NCBI GenBank assembly: GCA_051294375.1
Contig: CM119267.1
Coordinates: 12,281,644 to 12,345,643, forward strand
Length of the DNA stretch: 64,000 bases
Reading direction: 5' to 3'
DNA from: Paraspadella gotoi
Lineage: Eukaryota > Animalia > Chaetognatha
Under the pieces are notes generated by a model. The model was not told the origin of the DNA, searched no databases, and saw only the letters and a program-made list of their open reading frames with translations. Shown in pieces: positions 25,717 through 38,238 of this stretch (position 1 is its first letter; each line of letters opens with the position of its first letter). The position numbers and the translations under genes are program-made.

Positions 25717-27013
25717 TCGGCTGGGGGATACATTAATATTGTTAATACTTGATAATACTTACTTGTGAGTGAAATGAAACCCACGATTTTAAAGTCAACC
25801 TTTTTTGCTCCCAACTCATTGTCAGGGCAATCTTTTAACTGATCAATATAAAATTTGAACCCACATAAAAATTTAATGTGTTTATACTCAAGATAATGTT
25901 TAAAAATCAATGAAAAACCACTGGTTTTGCAAAAGTTTTTTAGTTACAGAGACGTATTCTTTGCTTTACCGGCGCTTTCTAAAATTTGTTTCCCACCCCT
26001 ATGTACTTTTAATTTGTAACGTCTTATAATTTAATAATACTCTTGTTTTTCAAAATGTTAAATTCTCTAGCGCGTTTTCATATGGTGAATTTTTTATAAG
26101 CGGGCAGTTTCAAATGGTATAAAAGAACAACTCCATGATGAAATGAAGGGAGGTAGCGAAAATGGAAAGAGAGAGAGAGAGAGATAGAGGAGAGAAGAGA
26201 GAGAGAGAAGAGGAGAGAGAGAGAGAGAATGAATCGGAACGCTTAAGAGGAAACTTTAGTTTTTAAAAAAGAGCTACCCCTGCGCTTTGGTGGAAAGGGG
26301 ACGTAAAAAATCCGGCAAAAAAGGAAAGAGGAGAGAGAGAAGAGAGAGAGAGAGAAGAGAGAGAGAAGAGAGAGAGAGAGAGGAGGAGAGAAGAGTGATG
26401 AGAGATCGGAACGCTAAAGAGGAAGCCTTAGTTTTTAAAAAAGAGCCTACGCCCTGCGCTTTGGTGGAGAGGGGACTAAACAAATCCGGCACAAAAACAC
26501 ATCTCCTGGAAAAGAAGAGAGTGAGAGAGAAGAAGAAGAAGCAGAGAGAGAGAGAGGATAATAGCAGGCTAAGAGCGTTTAGCTTGTGTCCGCAATTTGG
26601 CCCATTTAACAAAATGCGATTCGGTCCCCGACGAAACGGTTTTCTCTCGGGCGCAGCGCGGGGCGAGTAGCGGCGGACGGCAGCGCGGCGTAGCGGACGG
26701 CAGCGGCGTCGGCAAGTGGTTTTGATCCGGCCTCGCCGCTACTGCGTTCCTCTGGATTTAAGTCGTCTAATTGCGAATTCACATCCACCCCCTCTTCTTT
26801 TTTTTTCTAGAGGCACTCGTGGACGGGAATCGAACTAGAGTTTCCTTAACCGCGTTAAATTTTTCTACAACGTCGGGTTAACTGTTAAAAAATCGACCTT
26901 TTTTAACCGTTCCGGTTAAAATCGGTTAATTTTAGTGACTTAGCTTGTTTGATAATATAAAATGCATTAGAAAAGTTTTTGGGAATTTTTTTACAACGAT
27001 TTTATTTGTAATA

Positions 27014-27056
27014 AAGCGACAGGTTCTGCTCACTATGTTCGAGCCTTCATCAGCTC
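27014..27056 (-). ncRNA. Hammerhead motif (variant A, inverted end; error-laden or decayed)
   Basis: Minus strand: gCTGATGAaggctcgaacatagtgagcagaacctgtcgcttt; the matching copy at 23205-23236 lacks the GAAA/stem III segment. Confidence 0.55.
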
Positions 27057-27264
27057 CTCCGGTCTCATGAAGGAAAGGCATTTGCTGATGGTTGCTGGGT
27101 CATTCGGCCGTATCGGTAGGTCTGAGAGAAAATGGGGGGTGATCCTCCGTGTTAACAGTGGCCAGGTAATTGTACCTCTCTATCTCTTTACTCTCTCTTT
27201 CTCTTTCGACTCTCTGTCTCATTCTTTACTTTAACTCAACAAATGTATTCCAATTCCAAATGTT

Positions 27265-27313
27265 AAGCGCTGATGAAGGCTCGAAAATTGTGAAGCGCGA
27301 AACATGTCTGCTT
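27265..27313 (+). ncRNA. Hammerhead ribozyme (variant A), duplicate of 23435-23481
   Basis: aagcgCTGATGAaggctc...GAAAcatGTCtgctt with two apparent insertion errors in stem II. Confidence 0.75.
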
Positions 27314-28613
27314 TATTACAAATAAAATCAATTTGTAAAAATTCAAAAACTTTGGCTAATCTCTTACAACAACAAAAGAAAGAAGAAATCAATTAAACTT
27401 TGTATGTTAGAATGCTTCATATCAAAATAATAGGCTAAAGGAAGAGACTGAATTATAATAACAAATATCAATGAATAGCGATTATGAGCTTCTATCTTTT
27501 TGTTAAAAATTTAAAGCGCAAACGTTACATGAGATGAACTTTTCTAAAATTAAATAAATGTATCTTTTGGTGTTTCTATTTTTAACTCTTTTCCTACTCT
27601 ACGATTCCATAGAAAGAATTATTATCCAGCTTAATCATTACTTTCCTACCCTTTCACATTGATTTACAGAAAATATTTTCTAAAAAACCCATAATAATTT
27701 AAGAAAATAAGATATTTTTTAACAAAAAATATCTAAATTGGAAAAAAAGTTAAATTTAACCGAAATTTTAACAAGTTAAATAAAAGAATTAACGATTAAG
27801 TTAAAACAATCTTTCAGCCGGGTTATTAAGGGTAATCTCCTAAATCGAACCGCCGGGCTTCGATTTAAACCGCGAAAATCCTTCTCCTCGGGCGCCGGGC
27901 GCCGGCCTCTCGGCATTCGCAATCCTCCATCCTTCGTGCATCGAATTTTCGCCGTGACTCACCAATCCCAACTTTCAGAACGACCTCGACCCTCGACCCT
28001 CGCGGAGATTTGCCTTTGAGCATTCTGCAGCCCTCCTCATTTTGATAAAATGATGATTTTTAAAATCGATTAATTCACTCTAACATATTCTAAAATGTAA
28101 CTTTCAGCCTGTAAAATCCACTAAATATATATCAGTGTTAAAGTTAATCTTTAGAAAATGTGGAGTGAATAATCGAGTTTATATACAGTCAACTTTACCA
28201 AACGTGACTCTTGACATGTTTGTAAGTCGGCTCGAATGTCAGTATCAGTCATCACCGAACTAATACTTGAAATTAATACAGACCGATTTTTAAAGGATTC
28301 TATATAGTTTTATACATTTCACCAGATGGGATTATGCCCATCTTGGCAGATTGATGCGTAGCTCTTTGTGACTTCGTTATCGTTATCATCTGCATCGGCG
28401 TCATGCTTTTTTGTTATAAAATTTTGACTGGGGCTTATAATTTATTTTAGCTTTGTAATTGTTAACATTTTCTAATTGTAAACAATATGTAACATTTTTT
28501 TGTCTTTCTTTAATTTTTTAATATTATATTTTTTTTGTCAGGCGCTGCCTCTTCTGATTTTTTTAAAAAAACGAATTCAGCTCTACAGCGTTTATGATTT
28601 CTCTTTTTTTTTC

Positions 28614-28646
<33 letters not shown>

Positions 28647-28775
28647 GTCCTCTTCTCCCCTCTCTTTCTCTCCTCTCTATTTTTCTCTCTACACTCATAC
28701 ACGCATTTGTTTGTTTATTACGATTGAATGATTCATCACATCAATGATTATCATTGCATCAATGAATACTTATCA

Positions 28776-29257
28776 TGTAGCGTTGCTAGCCCCGCTTAGC
28801 AGACCTTAGTGACCCTGTCATTTAGCATCCTGACCCAGTCCGGGTCAATACGTACTCCCTGCGGAACTAGGCTAAGCTGGGTGCTCACTCTAACTGCCCC
28901 CGCTTTCAGCTCAGGGATAGACGTTAGATCTTCCACTAGCGCTTATCAAGAGCCTCGCGAGTATTAACCTCGATGGCCCATGGACGTGTGAGATGCCCCC
29001 CCATGAACAGTCAGGTGGAATCGGCATGGTCGTCAGTTACCCGCTCTAACAACCTAGACCCGTGATGTACCACGCCTGCATGGTAGGTTCACATCCCACG
29101 TACTTACGCGGGTAAGACGGCCTAGTAAGCCACCTGGGGCGTGGCAACCCCTTCAAGCCTGGTTCCCAAGCCAGGACCCGTTCCATGGCTACTAAAGGGG
29201 GTTAATTAGAAGATTACGGATAGTTCATCTTCAGGCCCACTTAGCGGCTTATCCACA
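28776..29257. mobile_element. Putative solo LTR (~480 bp); partial or variant copy at 29964-30230
   Basis: TG...CA termini (tgtagcg...atccaca), atca on both flanks (4-bp TSD), GC ~50% insert interrupting an AT-rich minisatellite. Confidence 0.65.
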
Positions 29258-29530
29258 ATCAATCGCATTAATGAATGCTAATATCGCATCAAATAAATGC
29301 TATCATCGCATCATGTAGATAACAATCACCGCATCAATGAATGACCTATCATCACATCAATGACAGGACTATCATCGCATCAGTGAATGACTATCATCAT
29401 ACCAAGGAAAACTATTATCACATCACGTGAATATTATCATCACGTCAATGAATGTTATCGCATCAATGACATGATTATCATTCATATCAATACATAAGTA
29501 TCTTTCACATCAGGAATAACTATCATCGCG
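29258..29530 (+). repeat. 22-bp minisatellite (atgaatgactatcatcgcatca)n
   Basis: Diverged tandem units; also at 28720-28775, 25660-25712 and 30231-30370. Confidence 0.85.
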
Positions 29531-31932
29531 CTTCACAATCAGGTTAAACCACTGTCATATTCTAGCTTCTAATCTGTCTTTAGTAGCCATTACATATTTA
29601 CAATAATACATAAACCTAATTTCTATCTTTTTTTTGCAGATTTATGGTTTAACTACCAAACAATATATCCTGAGTTTCAATTACATTAAGAAACAGTGAG
29701 CAGTTTGACATGTATGTTCATTTTCTTATTTCATATTGATTCAAAAAAAAAGTATTTTTTGCTTTGAAATTTCACTTCATTATGATTTTACTATGAAATT
29801 AGAAATAAAAACTTACTGCAATTTAAAAATAATTTGTCTGTATTATTAAATAAAATACTTTATTTTTGTCCGGGATTTTTTTCATTAATTTTCCTTTGAT
29901 ACTAAACGTCGAGCGAAGATCACTATACTTTTAAAAATNNNNNNNNNNNNNNNNNNNNNNNNNGGCCCTTGCCTAAGTTCACCCCGCCTCTAAGCATGAC
30001 ACCTTCAGTCCTGACCCGGTGGCTCATGAGTAAAGCCATCACTATGACCACTAGTTAGGTTTCAATCCAACCGGTACTACCCTGCGGAAGCGTAAAGGGA
30101 CGGCCGTTAAGCCACCTGGGGGCGTGGCAACCTCAAGCCTGGTTCCAATCCCAGGACCCGTTCCATGGCTACTAAGAGGGAATGAAGTTACGGATAGTCA
30201 TCTTCAGGCCCACTTAGCGCCTTATCCACAATCATTCGCATTAATGAATGCTAATATCGCATCAATAAATGCCTTATCATCGAGGCATGAGGATAACAAT
30301 CACCGCATCAATGAATGACATCATCACATCATGAAGACACATTCGCATTCAGTGAATGGACTATCAGATCAAACCAAGGAAAGACTTTTTCTCTCGGTTT
30401 GAATAACTCAGTCCCTCCTCAGAGGTTTCAAGTTGCCCCCTCGGAGTAAAAAAATAAAAAAGAAATCAAATAGAATAAATTTTATTTGATTACAAAAGAA
30501 GAATTTTTTTTCAGGACACAAGGCCAGTGAAGAAAAGAAAAACGGAAACAGTCCTCGAGAAATTTTCTCCGCTGTTTAGTTTTTCTCTTTTTTATTTTAA
30601 TGTTTTTGTTGTTTGGGTTATTCTTGTTTCGCTTCTTCGAGACGTCGTTTTTTTGCCTACGCCTCTCGTTCGTTGTTTGTTTGTTTGTTTATTTTTAGTT
30701 GTTTTTTTTAGTTTTTTCCGCCGATTTCTTTTCTTCCACAGACCGAAAACTAACCCGAGCAAGAGAGCACGTCCCCGCGGGGAAAAACGAGTGGTTTCGG
30801 TCTACGGTGGATACTCTGATGTTAGGTCGCGGGAGACATGAACGAGGGGACGCGGGGAACATGCTCCAGGGGGTTGAGGGCAGGCACGAGTGAGGATACA
30901 CCGGAGCAGCCCCTTAAGATAGGTTCGAGATCCGACCACGGATCGCGTTTTTACCTCCTCAGAAAATCCCTTCCTTCCTTTCCTTTTTGTCTTCGTCGAA
31001 ATCTCTCTTCCTCCTTCCTTTCCTTTCCTCCCCCCTCGTATCGCCCCCACACCCTCAAACGCTGCGTCAACAACAAAGAAAAAGCTATAGAGCCACTACT
31101 CGAAAGAGCAAACGATAAAGATGAGGGATGAAGATAATTTTATTCTACGCGCTTCTTTGTTCGAGATTGTCCGAGTGGAGAATACGAGGAAGCCAGGAGT
31201 TGTGGAAGACGACGACGAAGATGACGACGACGACGACGACGACGAGGCGGACGACAAATACGAAAGAGCTTGAAACCAGTGGGATACCGAGATGTTCAAA
31301 CACCCAATCAGCAGAGGTTAAGCGTCCACGCATTTCTTTGTTACGTTCCATCGTTGAAGAAAAGAAGAAAAGAGTATGGGCGAGGGAGAGGTGGGGAGAG
31401 AAAGAGAGGAAGAGAGAGAAGTCAGAATGAATAGAGAAAGAGGAAAATATCTAGAAAAAGAGGGAAAAGAAAGGAAAAACGAAAAAAATAATGTAAGTAT
31501 AAAAGAAGGGAGGGAAAAAAGTAGTTGGGAAGAAAAAAAAGAAGAGGAAAATTATCTTAAAAAAGAGATGGATAATTGATGATTTTAAATAAGGATGAAA
31601 TGGAGAAAATGTGAAAGTGAGGATTCCCGAGAAAAGTAGAAACTAAAAAAGAAAAAAAGAAAAAATAGGGGAAAAAAACAGACGACGATGAGGACATGAG
31701 GACGACGGTGACAACGTGAAGGTGACAGCAGCAACCAAGACGACGACTACGACAACGACGACGACGACGGAAGACCAAGAGAAATTCTGTTGTTGAAATG
31801 AGGGTCAAAGTTTTCGTCTAGACTTTTGTTGAGCCAAAACCAAATCGAAATGCAAAAGTGCACAGTTTAATCTAATTTAATCATTCTTATACGTACGNNN
31901 NNNNNNNNNNNNNNNNNNNNNNTTCATAGAAT

Positions 31933-32005
<73 letters not shown>

Positions 32006-32019
32006 AGGAGAGAGAGAAA

Positions 32020-32601
32020 GAGAGTGTAGAATAATAGGGATAGGAGTGTATAAAGATAAAAATAAATAGGCTTAAGCAACAAAAAAAAATAAATCGCGAA
32101 CGAATAGAAATATTGTCGCTTTATCGATTAACGCGACAACGAAGTCAAAGGTATAAATGCAGTAAAAGGCAGGAGAAAAGAGATGAAGGACGGGCGTGGC
32201 TCGCGTCTGAGAGTGACAGCCGGAGAGAAAAAAAGACGGATTGCGTTCTCGATCCCGCCGTTCCACTTTTTCATTATATTCGCGTCGGAGAAGAAGAAAG
32301 AACAAAACTCTTTTTCTTTCGTTGTCGTCGTCGTCGCGTTCTCGTATGTCGTCGTCGACGTATTTTTGTAGTCGTTGCTTTCCATACCGTTGTCCTATGT
32401 ATTGTTTTTTTTCTTTCTTCTTTCTTTCCTTTTTCTCTGCGGCGTGGAAATTTGATTCATGCATGATTCATGGTTAATAAATAATTAATGAATCCGACAA
32501 AAGATCGAGTGTATTCGAGTTGCCTCCTTGGGTATTTTCTCTCTCTCTCTCTGCTCTCTCCTAAACGGTCTCTTCCTCTCTCTCTTCTCTCTCTCTCTAA
32601 C

Positions 32602-32632
<31 letters not shown>

Positions 32633-32730
32633 AACCTCTCTCTCTTCCTTAACTTTTCTGTCGCTCTTATTCCCCTCGCTTCCATACTTATTCCTTTTAC
32701 TGACTTTTTGGCCGTCAAGGGACAAAGGAT

Positions 32731-32795
<65 letters not shown>

Positions 32796-33670
32796 TCTAT
32801 ACTCTCTCCTTCCATTCTCACCTCGACAAGGTTAACCCTACTTTCAATATTATCCATTTAATCTCACTTTTGTGTTTTGAATCCTCTGTAGATTTACTCA
32901 AATGCAATGAAAAATGATGACCGCGCTTCTCTTCTAAATGTTGCATCAAGCGGACGAGTAAGCCCGTTTTCTTGAGGGCCATCGACGAAAGCCGATAGGC
33001 TCCGGCGCGAGTTCTAAGGATGTAAGGCAACTATGGCACACTTTAATATTTGGAGCGGCTGGAATTCAGTTACGTGTTTATTCATATTAGCTTCAGTATG
33101 CGTCCTCGTACAAATCTTGAATATTTTTGATTTCTTTAGATTATTCTGTACTAATAATTCTCTCTCTTTGAGAGTGTTAGAATAATAGGGATAGAGTGAT
33201 AGAAGAAAAATAAGGGTTAAGCAACAAAAAAAATAAATGGAACGAATAGAAATAGTTGTCGCTTTATCGATTAACGCGACAACGAAGTCAAAGGGTATAA
33301 ATGAGTAAAAGGAGGAGAAAAGCAGATGAAGGAGGGGCGTGGCTCGCGAGAGTGACAGGAGAGAAAAAAAGACGGATTGCGTTCTCGATCCCGCGTTCCA
33401 CTTTTCGATTATATTCGCGTCGAAGAAGAAGAAGAACAAAACTCTTTTTCTTTTCGTTGTCGTCGTCGTCGTTCATCGTAGTTGTCGTCGTCGACGTATT
33501 TTGTAGTCGTTGCTTTCCCATCCGTTGTCCTATGTAGTTGTTTTTTTTCTTTCTTTCTTTCTTTCCTTTTTCTCGGGCGTGGAAATTTGATTCATGCATG
33601 ATTCATGGTTAATTAAATAATTAATGAATCCGACAAAAGATCGAGTTATTCGAGTTTGCTTTGGGTATAT
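32020..33670 (+). repeat. Direct duplication ~32020-32530 / ~33165-33670
   Basis: Near-identical ~500-bp blocks (gtcgctttatcgattaacgcgacaacgaagtc ... gaatccgacaaaagatcgag) next to a 25-N gap. Confidence 0.9.
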
Positions 33671-34245
33671 TATCCATTCATTTAATAAATAGCTATCTTG
33701 CCCTGACTTGGACAGCTTGGTGGTTTAAGGCCTCCATCACTCTACAAGTAATGACATAGCAGTCCCTGCAAGCTTTCAATCAAGACTCTCTCACAGTCTC
33801 GTTTATTCACTCCCAGAGTACCTGCTTCCCTATCAATGAAGTGGAAAATATTTCAAAGAATGTTTAATGTATGAAAAGACCACTCCCTTAAGTATAGATC
33901 GGGAATACTTATTGTACTCCGCACAGCATCAAAATACAAGGAGCTGAATTTTATGAAATTGGTACAACCAATATAAAATTATCCATTCATTTAATAAATA
34001 ATCTATCTTGCCCTGACTTTGGACAGGCCTTGGTGGTTTAAGGCCTCATCACTCTTACAAGATAATGACATAGCAGGTCCCTGCAAGCTTTCAATCAAGA
34101 CTCTCTCACGTCTCGTTTATTCACTCCCAGAGTACTGGCTTCCCTATCATGAAGTGGAAAATATTTCAAAGAATGTTTCAATTGTATGAAAAGACCACTC
34201 CTTAAGTATTAGATCGGGAATACTTATTGTACTCCGCACTAGCAT
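33670..34245 (+). repeat. ~290-bp repeat, two tandem units (others at 35141-35445, 46518-46822 rc, three units at 54130-55205 rc)
   Basis: Unit tatgaaattggtacaacc...ttgtactccgcactagcatc repeated head-to-tail. Confidence 0.92.
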
Positions 34246-34598
34246 CGCATTAACTCTACAAGAATTTAACCCTTGATTCATGAATTCATGAAAAGTCCCG
34301 AAATGCGCTTGCGCAAGAACAGTAAATCCAACCTTTAATTCAACGATGTCGAATCTCCTCTTCCTCCATCCTTCGCCTCGTTCCCCTCCCTCCGCCCAAT
34401 TCGGATTCCTCCGACCTTCCCTACCTTTTCCAACCTTCCCTCGGTCCTACGCCGCGGTTCTCTCCCTTTTCTTTGTTCCCATTTATTTCCTTTTCCCTGA
34501 TCCCTTTATTCCTTTATTTCTTTATTCCTTTCCTTTCTCTTTTCCTTTCATTCTCGTTATCTCTTGATCCCGCTCTACATTGCCATTTTCTCATCAAT

Positions 34599-34644
<46 letters not shown>

Positions 34645-34860
34645 ATCTCTCCTCTCTCTCTATCTCGTCTTCTTCGTTACCATTGTCGTTACCCAAAAAT
34701 TGCAACCATTGTTGTTTTTACTTTCTCCTCGTTTGTTGAAATTCCTTAGCAACCCCGGTCGCAAGTCGCACTTATTTTTCTTGCTCTCCTATTTCGTCAT
34801 TCATCTTTTTTTTGTTTGCTTCTATCGTTTTCTTGCTTTCTTTCTTGTTATAACATGGCG

Positions 34861-34894
<34 letters not shown>

Positions 34895-35017
34895 TCTTTC
34901 TCTTTCTTTTTTGCATTCCACTCAGGACATATAATCAAGTAGCCACAATTTTCATAATTATTTTTCCAAGTAGATTCGAAAAAACACCCGAAATAAAGAA
35001 AAAAAAGAAACGGATAA

Positions 35018-35789
35018 AAATAAGTTTGAGCAAACAATGTCGGATCTTCCCACAATCATTTTTTTTTATTTTGATCTTAGACATCGTTATTTACTTTCGT
35101 TCGTTGTGTTTAAATGATAGAAGACGTTTTATCTTGTACTTATGAAATGGTACAACCAATATAAAATTATCCATTCATTTAATAAATAAGCTATCTTGCC
35201 CCTGACTTGGACAGGCTTTGGTGGTTTTAAGGCCTCCATCACTCTTACAAGATAATGACATAGCAGGTCACTGCAAGCTTTCAAATCAAGACTCTCTCAC
35301 AGTCTCGTTTATTCACTCCCAGAGTACCTGGCTTCCTATCAATGAAGTGGTATAATATTTCAAAGAATGTTTCAATTGTATGAAAAGACCACTCCCTTAA
35401 GTATTAGATCGGGAATACTTATTGTACTCCGCACTAGCATCAAAATCTTTACTTTAGAGGTGTTCCGTTTTACCCCAATTTAATTCTAGCTATGTAAAAA
35501 TTGTTTAAACAACGATTTTATTATTATAAGACGCACACTCCCCTACCCACACACAAATTTCATTCTAAATCCATCCATCCAATTACGAGTAATTAGATTT
35601 TTTTTTTTCTAAGGTGGGACGGACGGACGGACGGTACTGACGGACGGACATTATTTTTTTGCATAATTTATCATAATTCGATGTTCTGACATGATATATG
35701 TGAATGCCCGACTAGATTGAGGGGGCGACCGACGGATTGACAAAGTGAATATAAAGTCGGGATCTGCTGAAAGCAGATCTGACTAAAAA
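35018..35789 (-). mobile_element. HINE family 1 carrying one 290-bp unit
   Basis: aaataagtttgagcaaacaatgtcggatc ... (ggac)n ... gtcgggatctgctgaaagcagatctgact-aaaa. Confidence 0.78.
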
Positions 35790-35854
35790 CGAGAAGGAGA
35801 GTAGCCACCCCCAGAGCAGCCATTTTCGTCGGGTTTTTGACTCCGGCTTTTTGA

Positions 35855-35900
<46 letters not shown>

Positions 35901-36724
35901 ATGGCTCAATAATTTTTTTTTCATTCATTGAGAGAAAAATCCGCGAATCTTTTGGCTCTCTTTTACAAAAGCGCACAAATTTTGTTCCTGACCATAATTT
36001 TTAACCTAATAGTTATACTAATCTGATACCATCCCATAACCAAATCCCTAAACCTATTTCCTAATCCCTAATCTATAACCCTGTCTTAGTTATTCACTCT
36101 AACCTTAATCTCTAACCTTCTCCTCTAACCTTAATCTCTAACCTAATTTTAATTTCCGAATTCGCGATAAAATGAGGGGTTTTTGGAAAAAAGGCCAATT
36201 TGTTTATTTTTGGATTTCTCTCTGTCTCTTTTTTGGGGGGGAGGTCCCAACTTTTTCAAATCGATACATACATGCACATTAGAGCGTAGTGAAAGTTACG
36301 TAGGAAAATTCTAAAAGTCAATTATGAACAACATACCATCAGTGAACATTAATTTGTAAAAAAATTAATTTTATGTTTTTAATTTTCGCAGTAGACTATA
36401 TTTATATATAATACTATTCTTATAAATCAATAAAATCTTAATTTTATGGCAGATTTGATTTCCTCGTCAAAGTTGATAAAGGAAATAAAAGAACTAATTT
36501 TTAAAAAATTTTCATTAAGTGGGTTAAAATTTTTTTAAAATATATTTAATATACAAATTTAATTTTGAGCTTAAAATATAGGTTTTCTGATATTTGACCA
36601 ACATAATAAATAATTTTTAAAAAGAGTTATATTTCTTTATATCAACTTTTCACGAAGAATCCAAACCTGCAAAAAAAATCTTACAAAAAACTATTTTGAA
36701 TTTTTAACATTTATTGATTAGAAC

Positions 36725-37004
36725 TGTCGTCTTAGCAATAGCTACGGGTAGTAACTGACGAGTCTATCTGACCTAAGTAAAACTAGGGGATCATTGATAT
36801 TCATTATAATTATTATAATTAAAGTAAAACGATATAAAATAAACAATAATGGTGAAACATTTTCTACGCGGCCACGCAAAACTATAGTTACAAGCGATCG
36901 AATCACCGAGGTACAATTGTTTACATTTACAATTTGACTGAAAAGGTACGAAAGAAAAATACAGAACACGGCATTTGATTCGGTTGCACCTCGGAATTCT
37001 GACA
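36725..37004. mobile_element. ~280-bp insertion with TGTC...GACA ends (mirror 44003-44282)
   Basis: gaac-[tgtc...gaca]-gtac; the homologous hAT copy has an uninterrupted tagtacta at ~2860. Confidence 0.5.
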
Positions 37005-37241
37005 GTACTATGTATTTGTAAAAAAAAATTTTATACATAAATATTCTTTAGTAAAATGTTGTTTGTGCTCATTTATAGAATTTTCATTAAAGTTACCATG
37101 ATGGAAAAAATTCGTCGCGGAATATTGTATTTTGACTTTCTTTTTTTCTATTTAAAATAGTTTAGAGATGAACAAAAAATTCGTTGTAATAGCATTTTTA
37201 TTTTTATTATTGTACGTTTCGACTCTTAGTTTACGAGTCGC

Positions 37242-37284
37242 TTGCTGATGAAGACTCGTAACACTAAGAGTCGAACATGTACAA
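37242..37284 (+). ncRNA. Minimal hammerhead ribozyme (variant B); one A of GAAA missing in this copy
   Basis: ttg-CTGATGA-a-gactc-gtaacactaa-gagtc-GAA(A)catGTA-caa; intact in the mirror copy 43717-43760. Confidence 0.72.
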
Positions 37285-37871
37285 TAATAAAAATAAAAAT
37301 TGCTATTACAACAAATTTTTCGTTTCATCTCTAAAATATATAGAATAGAAAAATAAAATTTATATATCAAGAAACTTTGGCCCTTTGTGATTTATATGAT
37401 AATGCTTCCTTCTTTTTTTTCTTTTTCATATCTACATTTTTAATTTAAACTAATTTCCGGTTCTTTTTTATTACTTTTGAGTTAAACGTTACTATTAAAA
37501 ATCCCTGCCTTTTCTCAGTCTCATGTCAAAGAGTTATTGCATTATCTCCATTAGATAGATTTAGGGATGGATCTTAATTCATATGTCAAAAAAAATAGGA
37601 TATTAAAAATATATTAATGATGTAGATGCTCAGAATATTATTCTTATATTGTAAAGTATTAATAAAAGTAATAATGCTCCGGGTAATCTTTCTATAAGCC
37701 AAAGTTATCATTTTTATTTACCTCCGGATGTATTATCAAAACAAATATCAAACAAGTCCAAAAAAAGAAAATCAAGATTTTGTTGAAATGAAAGACAATG
37801 CATCATCACATTATGCAACAATAAACTCAAGCCTGGTTTACTTTATAAGGATCAATCCTTTTCACTGCTTG

Positions 37872-38207
37872 CAAGAGATATGTCATCTCCAAATCCTCCG
37901 CCCCGCGGGTGGCTCTAGGGCGCCCCAGGGGCAGACTATTCCAGGGGAGCAGCAAAATGGTCATTGAGGGGGCGCCCCTAATAGACCCAAAATGTTTTGC
38001 CCCAGGGGAACTCCCCTGGGGCGGCCCCCTGGGGCCAAAAAAAGTCTGCCCTGGGGTAACCCTTGGGGAGCAAAAAGTGCTCCCCCTGGGGCGAGTTAAG
38101 GAGAGAGCAAGTTTAGATAAAAAAATATACTTTCTGACAATGTTATTGTATCTGAGAATCTCTCCCTGTCTGTTACTCTCTCTTTCTCTCTTTCTCTTTC
38201 TCTCTCA

Positions 38208-38238
<31 letters not shown>

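Larger units (their letters stand above)
22000..28780 (+). repeat. Tandem direct duplication: ~22000-25716 repeated as ~25730-28780
   Basis: Collinear copies; the second is indel-rich and lacks ~24443-25285. Confidence 0.92.
28318..29935 (+). mobile_element. HINE family 2 containing a 22-bp minisatellite and a solo LTR
   Basis: 5' hairpin ccagatggg...cccatcttgg, family core, 3' end ...gatcactatactttt as at 17415-17432. Confidence 0.6.

Noticed and set aside
29205-29235. cctgaagatga on the minus strand inside the LTR, like a PLE hammerhead start
   Set aside because: No closing stem II or GAAA in either copy.
32818-33030. SAP-domain-like peptide ILRTRAGAYRLSSMALKKTGLLVRL
   Set aside because: Only loose spacing similarity, key G/K positions are off, and there are no clear splice signals.
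33950-34245. 290-bp tandem unit as a retrozyme
   Set aside because: No CTGANGA...GAAA core found on either strand of the unit.
36000-36150. Telomere-like cctaa/taacc repeats (mirror 44820-44970; similar at ~21600)
   Set aside because: Highly degenerate, short and internal; not a telomeric array.
36755-36785. ctgacga-gtc-tatct-gac hammerhead-like start
   Set aside because: Followed by ctaa instead of GAAA; no stems I or III.
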